Assembly (NCBI RefSeq): GCF_001194135.2
Contig: NC_069004.1
Span: 2,289,058-2,353,057 of the forward strand
Direction: 5' to 3'
DNA: 64,000 bases
Origin: Octopus bimaculoides
Lineage: Eukaryota
Shown here: positions 61,301-64,000 of the stretch, one piece after another
Position numbering within the stretch: position 1 is the stretch's first letter
Layout: the number at the start of each line of letters is the position of its first letter
Position numbers and translations under genes: made by a program
Notes under the pieces: generated by a model
The model's database searches: none
The model's input: only the letters and a program-made list of their open reading frames with translations
What the model was told of the DNA's origin: nothing

Positions 61301-63577
61301 CCTGTTGGAATTCTATGAAGATGAAACAGGAAGCCACTCTGCGCTGAAACCATCTTCTCTCTACTTTGGCCGATTCGTATGTATTGTTTGTCTCTGTTCT
61401 CTGCTTTTTACTTTTATCTCTTGTTTTCGCACCTGCCCACCTTCGCCAACACATATGTCTCTCTAACATCAGATACATACCTGAGTATTGAACCCTGCAC
61501 CCATATCTTGTTATTTTGGATTGATTCAAAAGTAAGAAGAATATAAAAGTATGACAGAATTTTGTTGATTTTGGGTTCAGTCCCACTGTGAAGCAGCGTC
61601 TTACAGAATATACTTGGACACATGTATTCTAGAATAACTCCAGACCAACCAAACTTGTGTGAGTTTATTTGGTAGAGGGAAACGGAGAGAAACCCGCTCT
61701 GTGTGTGTGTGTGTGTATGCATGCATGTGCGCATGTGTTTGTGTTTGCTTACATTTGTACTTCTCTGAAAATTGCAGATTGCTGAAGGAAGCCGAGACCA
61801 GATTCGACATTACCACCTGCAGAACAGATGCTTTATAGGTAAAACTTACACGTAACCACTATCATCATCATCATCATCATCACAACCACCACCACCAGCA
61901 GCATCATGATTGTCTTATTTTGAAAAATTGTTTTCAATGTATGTGTTATAATAATAATAATAATAATGAAATTATTGTGTATAGTGCTCAGGTGCACCAA
62001 AACTCATCAAAGGTGCACGTACAGTACATAGAATCATGTAGAAAAGTCAGGAAAGTGAACAGTGGAGGTGGGGTGGGGATATCAGGTGTAGTGTTGGTGA
62101 ATTTCAGGAAGCATGGAGGTTTTAAAGGATGCAATGTCTCTGCAGGTTGTTTGTTCCATGCTTCAGTAACTCTGAGTGTGAAAAAATGACTCTGAAAGTC
62201 ATGGGAGCTGTGCTGTTTTCTGACTTTGTAGCCATGCCTACATGTGTTAGACACATGGAGCTCAAAAAGGTGCTCAAGGAGGTGGTTGGCACAATGGTTA
62301 ATAATTCTGAGAGTGTTTACCAAGTCAGTTGCCAAACGTCTTGCACCAGCTTATCTGGCCTGTGCCATTTTGTAAAATGTTTGAGCTATAATATTCTGTT
62401 TTCTGTAGGTAACACCAGCATGGATGCTGGGTTATCCCTCATAATGGCTAACATGGGGAAGGCTGCCAAAAACAAGCTGGTATTCGATCCTTTTGTTGGA
62501 ACAGGTTGGTCATCTTTCATTCTTCTTCTCTTCCTCCTCCTCCATCAAGATGTATAAAACAAGTTAATAATTTGTTAACTGTCAATCTTAATTAATCACT
62601 CTTTCTAAATTACTGTTATTAATTACTTTTTTTTAAATTACTCTTGTTAATTATTTTTCAGGAAGTTTATTGGTGGCCTGTGCTCACTTTGGCAGTTATG
62701 TGATGGGGGCTGATTTAGACTATCTTCTTTTACATGGCAAAGGTAAGTTACCTGCCAGCCACACACATATTCCCCCTCCCCATTTTTTGTAGTTTTTTTT
62801 AGCTCTTTTGCTTTCTTTTACTTGTTTCAGCCATTGGACTGTGGTCATGCTGGAGCCTGCCCCGAAGGGTTTAGTCAAACAAATCAACCACAGTACTTGT
62901 ATTTTTATCAGCCTGGTACTTATCCTATCACACTCTCTTACTAAACTGCCAGGCTTTGGGGATGTAAATAAACCAACACCAGTTGTCAAGTTGTGTGGAG
63001 GACACAAACAAGCACACACATACACATGACAAGCTTCCACACAGTTTCCATCTACCAAATTCACTCACAAGGTATTGGTCGGCCCAGGGCTATAGTAAAA
63101 GACATTTGCCCAAGGTGCCATGCAGTGGAAGTGAACTCAGAACCACATGGTTGCCAAGTGAGCTTCTTAACTACATAGCCATGTCTCTGTAGCTTTTTTT
63201 TTTTAATCATCACATTTAAGGCCAGGCCAGACTGGAGCATACTTGTAATGTTCTCTGCCCTTCATGTCATCACTGATGTCATGCAAGATGTCATGCAGTG
63301 GGACTGAACCTGGAACCATATAGTTGGGAGGTGAAACTTTTTACCGCACAACCACAATTTTTTTTGTATTTAATTTTTTGTTTTTTTTTTATTTATTTTT
63401 TTTATCCAGCTCGACCATCTCGACATAATCAAAAGACAAGGGATTCAAATGAGAGCATCCGCTCTAATTTGATCCAATATGGTGTCGGCCATTTGTACAT
63501 CGATGCCATTATTGCTGATTCTTCCAAACACAAACTCTGGCGGAAGAACGAAATCTTTGACGCCATCATCACAGACC
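58315..63577 (+). CDS. TRMT11: tRNA (guanine(10)-N2)-methyltransferase TRMT11 homolog; 3' part lies beyond the window
   Basis: In-phase exons 58315-58389, 59095-59163, 59829-59902, 60343-60424, 60782-60874, 61233-61376, 61778-61838, 62409-62504, 62662-62742, 63410-63577. Diagnostic segments: FANEHLDFRLPE, YELWAEG, DSTFKI, LYFGR, FIGNTSMDAGLSLIMAN, VFDPFVGTGSLLVACAHFG, FDAIITD(P). Confidence 0.94.
59305..59580 (+). mobile_element. RTE-like LINE reverse-transcriptase fragment
   Basis: Frameshifted FSVQLGVHQGLVLSP / LFIIVL / (Y)TDDLAL / GLKVNLTKTK. Other RTE-like 3' fragments at about 9170-9460 and 33790-34050. Confidence 0.65.
61985..62390 (-). mobile_element. CR1/L2-like LINE 3' fragment
   Basis: Minus-strand ...SHFFTLRVTEAWNKQP, matching the CR1 FFS.RVV..WN.LP terminal motif. 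Confidence 0.6.
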
Positions 63578-64000
63578 GTAAGCATTTTAATATGTTCTTT
63601 AACTCTTTACTTATCTTGCTGTGCATATTCGCCATCCACCTTACCCTTTCCATACACTACACCTGCCTCTCTCTTCCCCGTCCACTCTTGTAACTCACCT
63701 GAGACTGGAACCTTAAGGTTTAGAAGCAAACTTCTTACTACACAATCACACCTTATATAGTTGCTTTCTCATTATTATTATTATCATTATTATAATCATT
63801 AAGGTGGTGGGCTGGCAGAATCGTTAACACCCCGGGCAAAATGCTCAGTGGTATTTTGTCTGTCCTTACATTCTGAGTTCAAATTCCGCCGGGGTTGACT
63901 TTGCCTTTTCTTCCTTTCGGAGTTGATAAATTAAGTACCAGTTGAATACTGGGGTTGCTGTAATCGATTATCCCCCTCCCCCAAAATTGTAGGCCTTCTC

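Overview
This is AT-rich, microsatellite- and SINE-dense animal genomic DNA with several N gaps. The repeat families suggest an octopus or other coleoid cephalopod (inference). I assembled four protein-coding genes by hand from GT-AG boundaries and reading-frame phase. (1) RNF17/qin-type RING, 2x B-box, coiled-coil, 5x Tudor piRNA-pathway gene on +, 466-34312, 40 visible coding exons, with at least one more probably hidden in the gap at 25305-26177. (2) A divergent IL-17-receptor-like type I membrane protein with a C-terminal SEFIR-like domain on +, 42377-53922, 8 exons, about 498 aa. (3) An intronless DHRS1 CDS on -, 56450-57424. (4) TRMT11 on +, from 58315 and running past the window end, head-to-head with DHRS1. 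The rest is SINEs, MITEs (piggyBac-, hAT-, mariner- and Merlin-like), a pogo/Tigger deletion derivative, and decayed CRE, Tx1/L1, R4/Dong, RTE and CR1 retrotransposon fragments. The most unusual structure is a perfect 160-bp inverted copy of a coding exon plus its splice acceptor inside the IL17R-like gene. It could fold the pre-mRNA into a long hairpin, or it could be an assembly artefact. Most entries in the supplied ORF track are spurious (N runs, microsatellites, SINEs).
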